Shown here in pieces: positions 1 through 11,732 of a stretch of DNA of 45,526 bases. Made by a program: the position numbers and the translations under genes. Where the stretch lies: positions 1 to 45,526 of the forward strand of contig NW_021834799.1 of NCBI RefSeq assembly GCF_006345805.1, written 5' to 3'. The notes beneath the pieces were generated by a model that saw only the letters and a program-made list of their open reading frames with translations, ran no database searches and was not told the DNA's origin. The stretch is from Octopus sinensis. Lineage: Eukaryota. The first letter of the stretch is position 1; every line of letters begins with the position of its first letter.

Positions 1-240
1 GGCCCTCTCAGCAACTTTTAGCTTTTGCTTTGACTGAATTATCAAAGGTACAAGATAGTGCATTAGAAAATTTAATTATTGCTGGCAAAAAATGTTTAAA
101 AAATAAAATGGAGATACGACGAAGAAAATTTTAATGTTGGAACGACTGTGCTTTTAAGGTTTCAAAGTTTTTATTAAAAATTAACGATAAATTTTCCTGA
201 AAAATTAATTAGGATAAACCTAAAACAAATACAGTGACTC

Positions 241-288
241 CTCTGAAATTGACCACCTCTGAAATTGGCCACCTCTGAAATTGACCAC
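241..288 (+). repeat. 3 x 16-bp subterminal direct repeat CTCTGAAATTG(A/G)CCAC of the pogo element
   Basis: Read directly at 241-256, 257-272 and 273-288. Related AATTGACCA motifs recur near 346 and 2040. Probably transposase-binding sites (inference). Confidence 0.85.
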
Positions 289-412
289 ACTTATAAAATT
301 ATCTTAAGAAAAATTCGAATTTCCATTGAAAGTGCCAATTCTCAAATTGACCATAAATTTTAAAATATATTTTATATAATTTGCAAATTAATAAAATTTC
401 AGTTGTTTTTAT

Positions 413-1741
413 ATGTCTTCGAACAATTCTTGTGGTAATTATACTCGTCTCACTTTTTTATCAAAAAATACAGATTTTAACTTATAAAAATCAAAATGAA
501 GATGTTTCATGTCAGTATTTGGCTGATAGATTTTCCCATTTGTTTAAAAAGAAGATTTCCAGAAAAACAATTAATAATATTTTTGAAAAAAGATTTTTTC
601 TTAAAGAGTGTAAAAAACAAAATCTATCTTCAAAAAATGCGCATAGACTCAAGTTCCCACAGATTGATGCTATGTTAGTTGATGGATGGATTCGATTGAG
701 TCTAAAGGTAATTGTACTAATTTATGATTAAGGTGGCTTTCTTAATGATGCTTTAATTTCAAATAAGGCTAATTTATTCCCAGCTGAATTAAAACTGGAT
801 AAGTTTAAAAACTCAGATGGATACCTTCATAAATTCAAAAAGAGGCATGGTTTTCGAATGACCAAGTTACATGGAGAAATGAGAACTAATGATCCAGTAG
901 ATGTCGACTTATTTATTGAAAAATTCATAGAAATATCAAAGGGTTATAATGCCGATCAAATTTATAACTTGGACGAAACGGGATTGTATTACAAGCTGAT
1001 TCCTTCGAAGAGTATTTGTAGAAACAGATTTCAAGGATACAAAAATTTCAAAGATCGTGTTTCTATTATGCTATGTTCAAATATGAGTGGAAATCATAAA
1101 TTGAAACCTGTGATGATCTCGAAACCTAAAATGCCAAGATGCTTTAAATCTTATGACTATAAATGTTTCATTGATTATTATAGCTCAGAACGAGCTTGGA
1201 TGACAGGAACAATTTTTACTAACTGGCTATTAAACTTTGATTACCATCTCAAAAATGAAAAAAAGCAAATTTTACTTCTCATGGACAATTGTCCTTCACA
1301 TTGTGTTCCATCAAATTTGGATAACATAAAAATATTGTTTTTTCCTCCAAATAGTACTGGTCTTATTCAACCTATGGATTTGGGTATAATAAAAACATTT
1401 AAAACACATTTTACTCGACACAAGTTAATGTATTTGACTGATTTGTTGGAACAGCAAAATATTTCAGTATACAGTTCCTACAAAAAGTTAACTCTAAAGG
1501 ATACTGTAATTTTCTTAAAAATGGCTTGTGAAGATGTGTCTGAAAAAACGATTGCAAATTGTTTCGGAATTTTAAGCAACCCATTCAAAAGAATCATGTA
1601 GTTGAAGTTCAGATATTGGCAGTAGAAAAAACTGACATTTTTGATCCCTTAGAAGTCGAAGAATTTCTTAATTTTGAATATTCTGAAAATGATACATTTC
1701 AAGACGTTGAGGATATTGAAAATATAAAAATGAAAAAGTAG
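413..1741 (+). pseudogene. pogo transposase (HTH-CENP-B, DDE_1, acidic tail) with about 3 single-base frameshifts and a 25-nt intron at 708-732
   Basis: ATG at 413 (MSSNNSCGNYTRLTF). Motifs KFPQIDAML, FKNSDGYLHKFKKRHG, IYNLDETGL, LLMDNCPSH and QPMDLGII. Removing GT..AG 708-732 joins WMDSIESKG|GFLNDALI in frame with ORF 858-1601. Confidence 0.85.
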
Positions 1742-2226
1742 AAGCTGAAGTAGAATCCAATGATTCAATTGACAAAGAAGACATTGTGGTTAAGTTAACT
1801 AAACTTGAAAACGAGCTCCTAAAAAACATTGAAAACGAACATGAAGTTCAATTGATTACATCCATAGGCGCTATAAGGAAAATGTCATTAAAACTCAAAA
1901 AAAGCAGATGGGCATCCAATTCTACTTTAAGAACATTAATAATGCTTAATTACTTAAAATTTCTGGATAAAAGTTGTTCTTATTCAAAATTTAATTTACA
2001 CAAAAGATTGATTTTATTTCTCAAATTGGCCATTTCTCGAATTGACCACAAAAACACGTGGAACCAAAAATGGCCAATTTCAGGAGTCACTGTAACAATA
2101 TTCAAACGTATACGTTAACTGCATAAATTGAGTTAATTGGTTTTGTTCATACAATTAGTAAAAAAAAGCCGCTAAAAATTAATTATCATAATTTTAATCT
2201 AGAATGAATACTATATAACATGTCTA

Positions 2227-3744
2227 CAGTACCGCTCAAATGTTTCGGACCACCCTATTTTTCTCAATTTCCAAGTCAATCCTAAATTATTTTTATACGG
2301 TTCTTTAGAGAAACTTATTAGATAAGCTTAATACATTTATTCTATTCTAAATTTTCTTTAAATATTTTTGTTTGGCGCCAATTGAATATAATTGATTTTT
2401 GACTCGATCATATGTTCCGGACCAGTTGCAATCATATGTTTCGAACCAGTTAAATCTCTTTAAATTTAAATAATTTTTGATTCAATTAAAAACAAAAGAC
2501 TAATAAATAACAAATGCCGCGTGTTTCACTGGTTGATCGGGTCGCTATCATCACTTTTTTTAAAGATGGAGCTTCACAAAGAGAAATTGCCGAAAAATTA
2601 AAAATATCCAAAACTGCTGTTCAAAGAACAATTTCCAGATATTCATCCGTTGGACTATATTCCGACAGACCCAAATCTGGTCGACCGAGATTGTTATCCC
2701 CAAGATCTGAACGCAAATTAGTGAGAATTTCGAAAGCAGACCCCACAAAAACGGCAAATCAAATTAAATTTGATATGAAATTAAATTCTATTGTAAGCAC
2801 AAATACAATTAAAAGATGCCTACAAAGAAATAATTTGAATGGGCGAAAGCAATGCCCAAAACCAAGTCTTTCCATATGCCATAAAAAGGCTAGAAAAAAT
2901 TGGTGCATTGAGAAATTAACTTGGAGCCAAAATGATTGGGGTAAAATTATTTTTAGTGATGAATGCAAAATAAATTTGCATTCAAACACAAAAAATTATG
3001 TTAGAAGGCCACCAAACTCTAGATTTGACTCAAAATATTGTTTAAAAACACGAAAATTTTCTCCTAGCATTATGGTCTGGGGAGCTATTGCTGCAAATGG
3101 ATGGAGAAACATTGTCTTATGCATTAAAAATGTTGATTCCGCAGAGTATCAGAGAATTATAAATGTTGGACTCGAAAATTTTTATGATGAGACCATGTAT
3201 CTCCAGCAAGACGGCGCTCCTTCCCATCGGTCCATGTCGACAATGAATTTTTTTCAAAGGAAACAAATAAAAATCTTAGAAACTTGGCCGAGCCAGTCAC
3301 CCGAACTGAATATTATTGAAAATATGTGGTCGGTACTAAAACAAAAACTTTATGATCTGGAACCAAAAGATCTTCCAGAGCTCTGGAATTTGACCAAAAA
3401 AATTTGGTACGAGATTGATAATTCGTACATTGAAAAATTATACAATTCACTTCCAGAGCGAATAAATGCTGTTATAACGAACAACGGAGGAATATTAATT
3501 ATTAACTTTTTATAAGTTTAATAAATTTTCGGTTTTTTTTAAACTGGTCCGGAACATATGATCGAGTATAAAATCGATAATTTTAAAATTGCGCCAAACA
3601 TGAATATCTGTCCAAGTTTTTAAAATAGAATAAATGTGTTTAAGCTTATCTAATAAGTTTCTCTAAAGAACCGTATAAAAATAATTTAGGATTGACTTGG
3701 AAATTGAGAAAAATAGGGTGGTCCGAAACATTTGAGCGGTACTG
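2227..3744 (+). mobile_element. Tc1-family DNA transposon with ~200-bp IR/DR-type TIRs, near intact
   Basis: TIRs at 2227-2427 and 3542-3744 start CAGTACCGCTCAAATGTTTCGGACCACC. The outer ~100 bp and inner 26 bp are identical between ends. TA target duplications at 2225-2226 and 3745-3746. Confidence 0.96.
2514..3515 (+). CDS. Tc1-like transposase, DD35E spacing
   Basis: Paired-like HTH N-terminus, GRPR linker, IIFSDEC, QQDGAPSH and WPSQSPELNIIE, with 35 residues between the second D and the E. The tail GGILIINFL probably reflects a 1-nt loss from GGNINY*. Confidence 0.93.
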   Translation: MPRVSLVDRVAIITFFKDGASQREIAEKLKISKTAVQRTISRYSSVGLYSDRPKSGRPRLLSPRSERKLVRISKADPTKTANQIKFDMKLNSIVSTNTIKRCLQRNNLNGRKQCPKPSLSICHKKARKNWCIEKLTWSQNDWGKIIFSDECKINLHSNTKNYVRRPPNSRFDSKYCLKTRKFSPSIMVWGAIAANGWRNIVLCIKNVDSAEYQRIINVGLENFYDETMYLQQDGAPSHRSMSTMNFFQRKQIKILETWPSQSPELNIIENMWSVLKQKLYDLEPKDLPELWNLTKKIWYEIDNSYIEKLYNSLPERINAVITNNGGILIINFL

Positions 3745-4093
3745 TATGCCTTATAGTGGGAGCCTGGTTATGCTGAAGTTTACTTAATATGTTAAATCAG
3801 TAAAAGTAAAGATTACATTAAAACGGGATCATCAACATGGACTATTCACGGCCTCTGGTCCGTTAAAAATCTCAGTATTGAAGGGAAATGTCTATTTTCT
3901 ATTACTAGATTAGATGTACTGTTTCAATAAATCAATTTTTAGCCCAAAAAACTATAGAAATATTTTCTAGCGACCTATAAAGTCATCCAAATAAAATGTT
4001 TTGGTGATTATTGAGTTAAATTAAACTCAGGGAACCCAGATCTCGTACCAGTCCCATGCAAATTTCAGAGTTTCTTTGAATTAATTTAGTGTA

Positions 4094-4650
4094 CAGTGGG
4101 CTAAAAAAATAATGCCACCACTTAATAAATTTTAATATTTCAGGTGAAAGTATTGTTAATTTTTAATCATTTTTTACAAAATTAGAAAGTTTCAGAATAT
4201 AGAAAATAATTTTAAATCTCTAAAATGCTAATAATTGTTTGAGAGATGACCATTTTTTAATTTACTAGTGCTATTAATGGGGAAAAACTGTTGGCAAGGA
4301 TACATCATTAATATTCTGGTGCATGACCTTTCGCAACAATTACTGCCTTTAATCTTTTTTTTATTAATTTAAAGAATTGTTTTTTGGAAATTTTATTCCA
4401 TTCCTCCCGACAAGATACTTTTAACTCGATAATATTTCTTGGTTTTCAGTTTCTATCTCTACTTCAAAGTTTTTTTATAAGTTTTAAATTGGGTTTAAGT
4501 CAGGAAATTGGCTAGGACAATTCAATAAATTTATTAACCAGAAATAAGGGGAAAAAGAAAAGAATGATAAATATTCTTACAACAAATGAATATAAGAAAT
4601 CTACAAGAGGGAACTTTCTAAATTGGTCTCATACATTACAGGCAGAATAG
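4094..4650 (-). mobile_element. Degenerate Tc1-like remnant (3' part and one TIR)
   Basis: TA|CAGTGGGCTAAAAAAATAATGCCACC terminus at 4094. Minus strand reads CPSQFPDLNPI*N and EEWNKISKKQFFKLIKKRLKAVIVAKGHAPEY*. Inner boundary approximate. Confidence 0.65.
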
Positions 4651-4892
4651 AGTATTGGAAAAAAGACTTGCAATTCATGACGGGGGGAGAGCATTCGGTT
4701 AAGACAATTATGGCTTCGAGCTAAACAAAAGAAGATTTTATTGCTATCTTACCAGTAATGGTCACCTCAATGTGTGAAATGGGAAAATGAGTATTTATTT
4801 TTTTGGTGACCGTTTGGGTGAAAGTTGACAATCAAAAGTCTTTCATTGCTGTTGAAAAATGTACTACTGAGTGGAAGAGTCTATTGTTGATA

Positions 4893-5260
4893 TCACTTGA
4901 TCCCGATGCACTCGACCAGGAACCTCATCTTCGCTCGGTGATCTTTCCACGAGCCCACACAAGATCGCACCGGGCGGCAGGCCGTTTTTGACGGGGCATT
5001 TGCTGCCTGACCGAGATTCAGCTTGATAAGGTCTTCCAGGGAAGCTAGACGGGGGCGTTCGCTATCATGCGACCAACGATCGGTTAATCTGAGGGCCCTT
5101 TGTTGGGCCTCCTCGATTCGCCTCCTGTTGGACCACGATAACCGCGGACCCCATGATCCGCAGGCGTAGGCAATAGAAGGTTCGAAGTACTGGCGGTAGA
5201 TATTCGCCAGTACCGGGTGCGACCCGTTTTTCCATATACCGGATAGAGTTCTATTTATTA
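4893..5260 (-). mobile_element. Non-LTR retrotransposon fragment, post-RT/thumb region (Jockey/CR1/L2-like)
   Basis: GC-rich patch encoding NIYRQYFEPSIAYACGSWGP...IEEAQQRALR, the typical lY...irP.leYa...W...le.vQ.ralR pattern. Confidence 0.65.
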
Positions 5261-6239
5261 AATAAAGAAAATTAGTTCGAATTTTGTTATATTTGAGGTA
5301 GTAATAATAAGACATGATGTTTTTCATTATAAATAAGCTATTACCTCAGCAAGTGTGCTTAATCACTATTCATAAGTAGCAATTCAGTCATCATTGGTAT
5401 TAGCTTAATAATTCTTCGAATGAGACTAAGAATTCAATTCAACAAATGAGACTTAATTAATACAACTAATAAGCTATATAACTACAAAAGAAAGTACAAA
5501 TAAGAACACACAATTAAAAAATGTGAAAATTATTTATTATATGAACAAAGGAATCAACATTTAAATATAATAATTTCTTCTTTTTGCGGAGAACTAAATA
5601 GTTGACAATTAAGTCTTGAATCTGTGATCATGTCTTTAAGTCTACACTGTTTGAGTAAATTTGAAAGGTTTAAATGAAATCGTCGATTAGTTTCTTTGAA
5701 GTCAACATTTTACAATATCTTTGTCAAATATTCCAAAAGGTCTCTATGAATGTCAAAAAACTGAAAATACAGCGATTTTAAAAGCATGGTTACATTTGTA
5801 AAATGACTTACTCAACAAAACAATATCGGAGGTCATTTCTCCGTTGACTTTCTTTCAGATTCGATAATTTGTATAAAATCCAAAAACCTTGAATCAAATC
5901 ACACGCCATTCGAAGTTAGAGGTCGATTTTGCTTTTTTTAAGAAGAATTATTTTTCATCTCAAACCTAATTTTTGTTATCCAATCATCACTTGGTTATCG
6001 ATCGGTCAAAACGCTTTGTTTCTTGATGTAGTAATGTCTCGCTTGACGGATATTGTATTTGAAAACATGTCTTAAAATACATGTATGAGTTGGTGTCTTT
6101 TTCAGATAATAAAATTAGAAAATATACCTCAATTTGACTTTCCTATTGAAAAAGAATGAATGAATTCAAACTGTAAAAAATAGAATTTTATTTTTTTTAT
6201 AAATGAATGAATTCAATGTGGTTTAAACGAAAAGAAATA

Positions 6240-7200
6240 TGTCGCGCCTCACGCTGGCGACCAAAGCGACCTTTATCGTTAATAACGAAAATGATTTATT
6301 ATAAAAAGGATTTAGCGTCATGTTAATTAAAAGAGGATATCTTCCAAAAGATGTTAGCATAGTCACAATCCTTAGGTTACGTGAAAAATAACACTGAATA
6401 CCAAAATCTTGTAAATGTACTACTCCAAAAATCTTAAAAAATTAAATCTAAATCCGAAAAATACAAACTTATAAAAAAGCGAATCAATTTATGATAATGG
6501 ATGATCGGTATTTTCAATTCCTAATTCAGTCTTTATCTAAAGGACGAGAATAACCAAAAACACAAATTGTTTGTTTATTTGGAGAATGAAATGGGGATGA
6601 AGACAGTGGCATTCGCTATTCACCAAGAATGCCACTGGGGAATACTAAAGATTTATAAGTGGTGCAATGAATTTTATTTTACTGTAAAACGCCCTATTAT
6701 CGAAGAATTATAAAAGACTGCGAAATTTGTAAATTTGCTCTGCCTTTAAAAGTATTTTTGAATAAATATATTTAGGTATCCGATTCTAATTACCATGTAA
6801 CGGCAAGAAGTCCAAATGAAAGATTCCAGGAGGATCCTACTGATATTAGAAAATATAAAGATTTTAACGATGGACATAATTGGATATTAACAATTATTGA
6901 CATCTATAGAAAATTCGTAATCTGCAAATCTTTTAAAAAATCTGCTTTGGTAAAACTTAAAATTTATTTTTAGAAGTTGGAAATAAATTTTAAAATTTTT
7001 TTGTCAAATTGGAATTGTAAAATTTTAAAAACGGACAAATGATTGGAATTCGAAATTCGACAAATGGAATAAAAAACAAATATTTATGGGAGACCAAACC
7101 GTCTTAAGTCACAACTTTATAAATTAGAAATATATTAGGGTGTAATTGAGCGTTTTAATCAAACATTGACACGAGTTATGGCAAAACTGATGGATAAGTC
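6240..7200 (+). mobile_element. Degenerate Ginger2/TDD-like integrase transposon with two 24-nt introns
   Basis: TGTCGCG...GCGACC terminus resembles the TIR at 31156. HHCC pieces (IHQECHWG, KDCEICKFALPLK), then PNERFQED, GRPN and GVIERFNQTLTR. Intron 6752-6775 is GT-AG; 7115-7138 is CT-AG (decayed donor). Confidence 0.75.
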
Positions 7201-7354
7201 CAGTCTGTTCTCGAAAAATTATATCCAACGAAAACATATTTCTTCAAATGAGTTCTGAATTGAAAACATAATGATATAGGTATATGATCACTCCCAATTT
7301 ATTACTCAAGATTGGGAGTTTCACAATATTATATTAGCGAAGCAGAAAGGAATA

Positions 7355-8245
7355 CAGTCCGACCACGAATTGGAGCAGACCCCAGGGGTGGGGCACCCCC
7401 GCATTTTGGGGCACTTTTTTGGCCAACATTTTGGCAAAGTAAAATGAAAAATCAATAAAAATACGGAAATTTTGGGGCACTATAAAATTGTGGGGAATGA
7501 AATTATAAGTAAATAAAATTATATTTTATTAATAAATACATAATTTAAATTTACACGTTTATTTACATTTTTCTATTGTCGATGGTCATAAACTACGAAA
7601 CAAAATTAAAGATTGCTAAATTGATATTGAAGAAAAAATTATCTGAAAGACAGATAATTCAAAAATACAAAACTACTAAAGGCATGATTTCACGAATAAA
7701 AAAACAATTGTGCCTTTTCTTGTACAAGGAACTGTAAACAAGGATGAAGATCCTATGCATTATTGTGAGAAATAGAAATTTGATGATCAAGTTTTTGAAA
7801 TATTTCAGAAACTACGGGAAGATAAAGTTCCAATATCAGATCCTTTCATAAAGAAAATCGCTCTCTATACGGCTTCAAAGATTGGATTTGATTCTTTCAA
7901 AGCTTCAAACGGCTGGCTTGACAGATTCAAAAAGCGTCATGAACTGAGATTCAAATTAATTTGTGGACTAAATGACGATACTTTGGCTTTAAACAGGGAA
8001 AAGAAAGAGTCACCGTACTTCTTTGTTGCAATTCTATGGGAGAAAAACTTGAGCCATTGATTGTTGGAAAATTTAAAAACCCTCGATGTCTCAAAAATTT
8101 CAATGTGAAAGATTTTGGAATTTCATACTCATCCTCTAAAAATGCATGGATGACTGGAAATATTTTTAGGAGCTGATACAATCAACAGAAAAGTATTAAT
8201 ATTGCTTGATAATGCGGGATGTCATAAAACTATTGTGATTCCGTA
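7355..8245 (+). mobile_element. pogo/Tigger remnant, internally deleted
   Basis: TA|CAGTCCGACCACGAATTGG terminus. FKASNGWLDRFKKRH (HTH-CENPB), KERVTVLLCCNSMGEKLEPLIVGK, NAWMT and LLDNAGCH. No partner TIR found. Confidence 0.8.
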
Positions 8246-8289
8246 AGAATTGAAGATAGCATTACAGAAGAATTAATCAACAATGCCGT

Positions 8290-8790
8290 AAACGAAACAT
8301 TGAATGGGGAAAATGACAACGTTAGAATGTGAAATACATAATCTTCAAAAAGTTTTAGCAGAATCTGCACATAACGGTTTGTACATTTACAGCCATAATC
8401 AATGTGTTTGGAGTTAAGATCGCCGACAATTATCCCGAGCTTATTCGATTCGAACCAATCCCGAATGATTTGCTGGTATCCTTCGAGATTTTCGAGTATT
8501 ATCGAATAGTGACTCATCAAATTTACATTTTTAACTCGAAACCAGTTCACAAAGTATTTCTTCAACAATTCTACAGTTTCTAGTCACTAGGTTATTCATG
8601 TAGAAAATTGATGTTCAAGTGCCTGCAAAAGCGCCCTTTCTTTAAAATATTTTAATAGACTGGTAGCCATCAAGAATAATATGCTGATCTTGCCTCAATT
8701 TTGTTTCATTAATCACGAGTATGTTTATCGAAATGGAGTTTTTTATGTTGATCAACTCGGAACCTGTCTATGTAAAGATCGGGCATTGAT
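8290..8790 (-). mobile_element. APE-type endonuclease remnant of a LINE
   Basis: Broken minus-strand frames give NARSL, INETKL and IIVGDLNSKH, the Exo_endo_phos motifs. Confidence 0.65.
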
Positions 8791-8867
8791 TGCACTCGTT
8801 AATTTTTTAGTTCACCCTAATTATAATTAACCAGGCTAAATCTTTAATATAAAAATATCCTCTATTT

Positions 8868-9540
8868 CAGCGGTTCTTGACCTGGGGTCGAAAATCAGCC
8901 CAGATAGATCGTAAGGGGTCGAAAATGAAATACTTGGGGGTCGAAAATAATTTAATAATTTTTTAATTTTAAATTAAGGAGGACTAGGAGGACTAATTGA
9001 ATCCTATAAAATTGCAATGATTATTGCCAAAAATGAGAGTTCCCACGTTTCTAGTGAAAATCTCATCAAACCATCTATATCAGTGATTCTATCAGATTTG
9101 ATGGGTTTAAATCCTGACGAAATTTTAAAATCTGTGCCAATTAGCAATGATTCAGTTCGCCGCAGGATTGACGAAATGTCTGATAATGTTGAACATATTT
9201 TATGTGAAAGCCTTAAAAATACTATTTTTCGCTTCAAATTGACGAAATTCATATATGTGACAACCAATCAATTCTAATGGGATATGTCAGGTTAATCTTA
9301 TTAAATGCTTACCCTTTCTTACAGAAAATTTATTATTCGTCAAATATTTGGAAACTGCTACTACTGGATTTTCTATTTTTTCTATAGTCAAATTGATTTT
9401 AGTTGAGAAAAAGATTCCATATGAAAATTTGGTTTTTTGCGCCACAGATGGTGCAATGTCTATGGTTGGGAAGTATAAAGGATTTGCAGCATATTTGATA
9501 AAAATTTGTCCTAATGTGATTCATATACATTGCGTTCTAA
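8868..9540 (+). mobile_element. Buster-type hAT remnant (ZBED5/SCAND3-like transposase fragments)
   Basis: CAGCGGTTCTTGACC terminus. ENLIKP...PISNDSVRRRIDEM, TDGAMSMVGKYKG and IHCVL. Truncated. Confidence 0.8.
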
Positions 9541-9589
9541 TAGACATTAGAACTGCAGGGAAAGTATGTGACGTTAATAGATTGTAAAG

Positions 9590-10635
9590 CAGCGGTTCTC
9601 AACCGCGGCCCGCCATAATTTTGGTGCGGCCCGATTAAAATTATAAAAATATATTAAATATTTTTTGTTTTTATATTAAATATTTTGTACATTAATGTTT
9701 AAATAATTTTGTTTGTGATGTCTGATAAACGTGTTAAACGAAGTAGAAAAATTATTCATGAAAATCGTGCATTTAACCCCGAATGGGAGGAAAAATTTTT
9801 CGTTTTTGAAGAAAATGGTAACGCACATTGCCTAATTTGTCATTCTGTCATACGATGTCTTAAGACATATAATGTCGAGAGGCATTATTCGAAACATTCT
9901 TCTGAATATGATTCACTTCAAGGTGAATCAAGAAAAATAAAATTTCAATCTCTGAAATCAAATCGCAAACTACAAACGAATTTGTTAAAACAGCCCCACT
10001 TATCAAGATCCGTAACATTAGCTTCATACAAAATAAGTAATCTACTTGCAAAAAATATGAAGCCATATTCAGATGGAAAATTCATTAAGCAAGCTATTCA
10101 TATATTTATTTACAGAAGAATGTTGCTCTTCAGAAATTAAAAAAATTGGTCGAAACTTACAGCTTAGCAATGATACAGTTTCTCGGAGAATTGAGAGCAT
10201 ATCTGACGATCTTCATTACCAGCTACTCACTGAATCCAAGTTTTTTGTACACTCAAGTGAACTATTGGATTTTTGGGGTCGAATTCCACAGTGGAAATAT
10301 CCGAACTTGGTCGATAATGCTCAAAAAAATGCATCAGTCTTCGGATCAACGTATACATGTGAAGCTCTTTTCAGCAAACTCACGCAAATAAAAACAAAGT
10401 ATCGAAATCGATTGACTGATGGACACCTAAATCAACTTTTACGCACATCGTGTTCGACTTTTACTCCCTGTTTCGACAAAATAATAGACGCCAAACAGAA
10501 TCAAGTCTCGCATTGATTTTGATTACTTAATAAAGCCTTCTTTTCATTAATAACATAAAATATTTTTTGTGCGGCCCGCAAAGATATTTTTAATTATCGA
10601 TTTGGCCCATGAGCTAAAAAGGTTGAGAACCCCTG
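9590..10635 (+). mobile_element. Internally deleted hAT (Buster/SPIN, GTF2IRD2-like) element, 1046 bp
   Basis: TIRs CAGCGGTTCTCAA / TTGAGAACCCCTG with a perfect 8-bp TSD TTGTAAAG (9582-9589, 10636-10643). The BED finger (CLICH...ERHY) is fused near 10236 to the C-terminal dimerisation domain (FGSTYTCEALFSKL). Confidence 0.93.
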
Positions 10636-11229
10636 TTGTAAAGGAATTATTAAAATATTTATCGAAAAAATTAAGTTATATAAATACAACTTGGAAAAAA
10701 GAAATTATTATAACATTCCCGAATTCCAATCAATTTATCAAACATTTGATGATGAAGATATTAATAGAGTCTATTTGTTCCCATATGACGTAGTAAAGGT
10801 TTGTTGTGGAGTCATATTTGAAAGTTTCTATTTTTTCGAATTTCACTGAGGTGATAAGCCAATAGTTATGAATATGTTTTTACACCGTTTTTGCCTTTAA
10901 ATTTAAAAAGGATTTCTTCAAAAATACTAAGGAATTTTTTTTCGTCAAAGTTGAATTCGACAATTCTCTGAACCTCTTAGATGTTTGATGATGTGAATTA
11001 ATTCTGAATTTTCTTCTTTTTTATTTTTGATGAAAGTTGAATTCGACTATTCTCTGAACATATTCAATGCTTGATGATATAAATTAATTATAAATCTTGG
11101 TTTTTTTTCTTTATTTTTAATGATTTTTTAAGTACATATTTTGAAACACCTTTTTATAGTTTTATGGATGGTTTTATAAATTTCATTTTAATGTTAAGGA
11201 AAATTAGAATTTTTACTTCAAATTAAGAC

Positions 11230-11526
11230 ATTTCCAGCTGCTCTGGTTCACCTATGTTCATTCCACACAAACTGGTTATTATAAAAGCCATGCCCAATAC
11301 ATTGTGATGAGAAAAAAAGTATTTTTATTTGAAGAAGTTGTTATTGGTCTAGGGAAAATATTGTTATAAAAAGACGTGAAAATATGAGCTCAGTTGGTGA
11401 CAGAGTTGATGATCAGCAATTAAAAATGATTGGATGTTATCAGTGCTTTGTATACTATCATAATGAATATGTGAACATGACACCTAAAAAAGTCCTTAAA
11501 AATTAGTTTTGTTCTAATTGTTGGTG
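11230..11526 (+). mobile_element. Possible MULE-like remnant (SWIM-like and PHD-like Cys/His motifs)
   Basis: MIGCYQCFVYYHNEY...FCSNCW resembles a transposase C-terminal PHD finger. Heavily decayed. Confidence 0.3.
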
Positions 11527-11732
11527 AAATTATTAATGACTGGAAAAATTATATTTTGGTATTTTAGCAAGTGGCTGTGGTTCGATATATTATAGAAGAT
11601 GAGCATAATGACTGGAGAACAGGAATATAAAATCATTTATTCTAAAGAGGTTTATTTCCGTTTCGGAGCCAATAATTTATAAGGGGTTAAACAAAAACGA
11701 CACCGAATTTTTAAAAATCAAAAAAGATAAAA

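Larger units (their letters stand above)
232..2092 (+). mobile_element. pogo/Tigger-like DNA transposon, full length, transposase frameshifted
   Basis: Left TIR CAGTGACTCCTCTGAAATTGACCA (from 232) matches the reverse complement of the right end TGGCCAATTTCAGGAGTCACTG (to 2092) apart from a 2-bp indel and 1 mismatch. TA flanks both ends (230-231, 2093-2094). Internal CENP-B HTH plus DDE_1 transposase. Confidence 0.93.

Noticed and set aside
3-134. Open frame PSQQLLAFALTELSK...RRRKF* at the window start
   Set aside because: May be a gene 3' end, but it is only 43 codons with no recognisable motif.
10940-11110. Imperfect ~87-bp tandem duplication (AAAGTTGAATTCGAC)
   Set aside because: Two diverged copies in decayed AT-rich DNA, with no sign of function.
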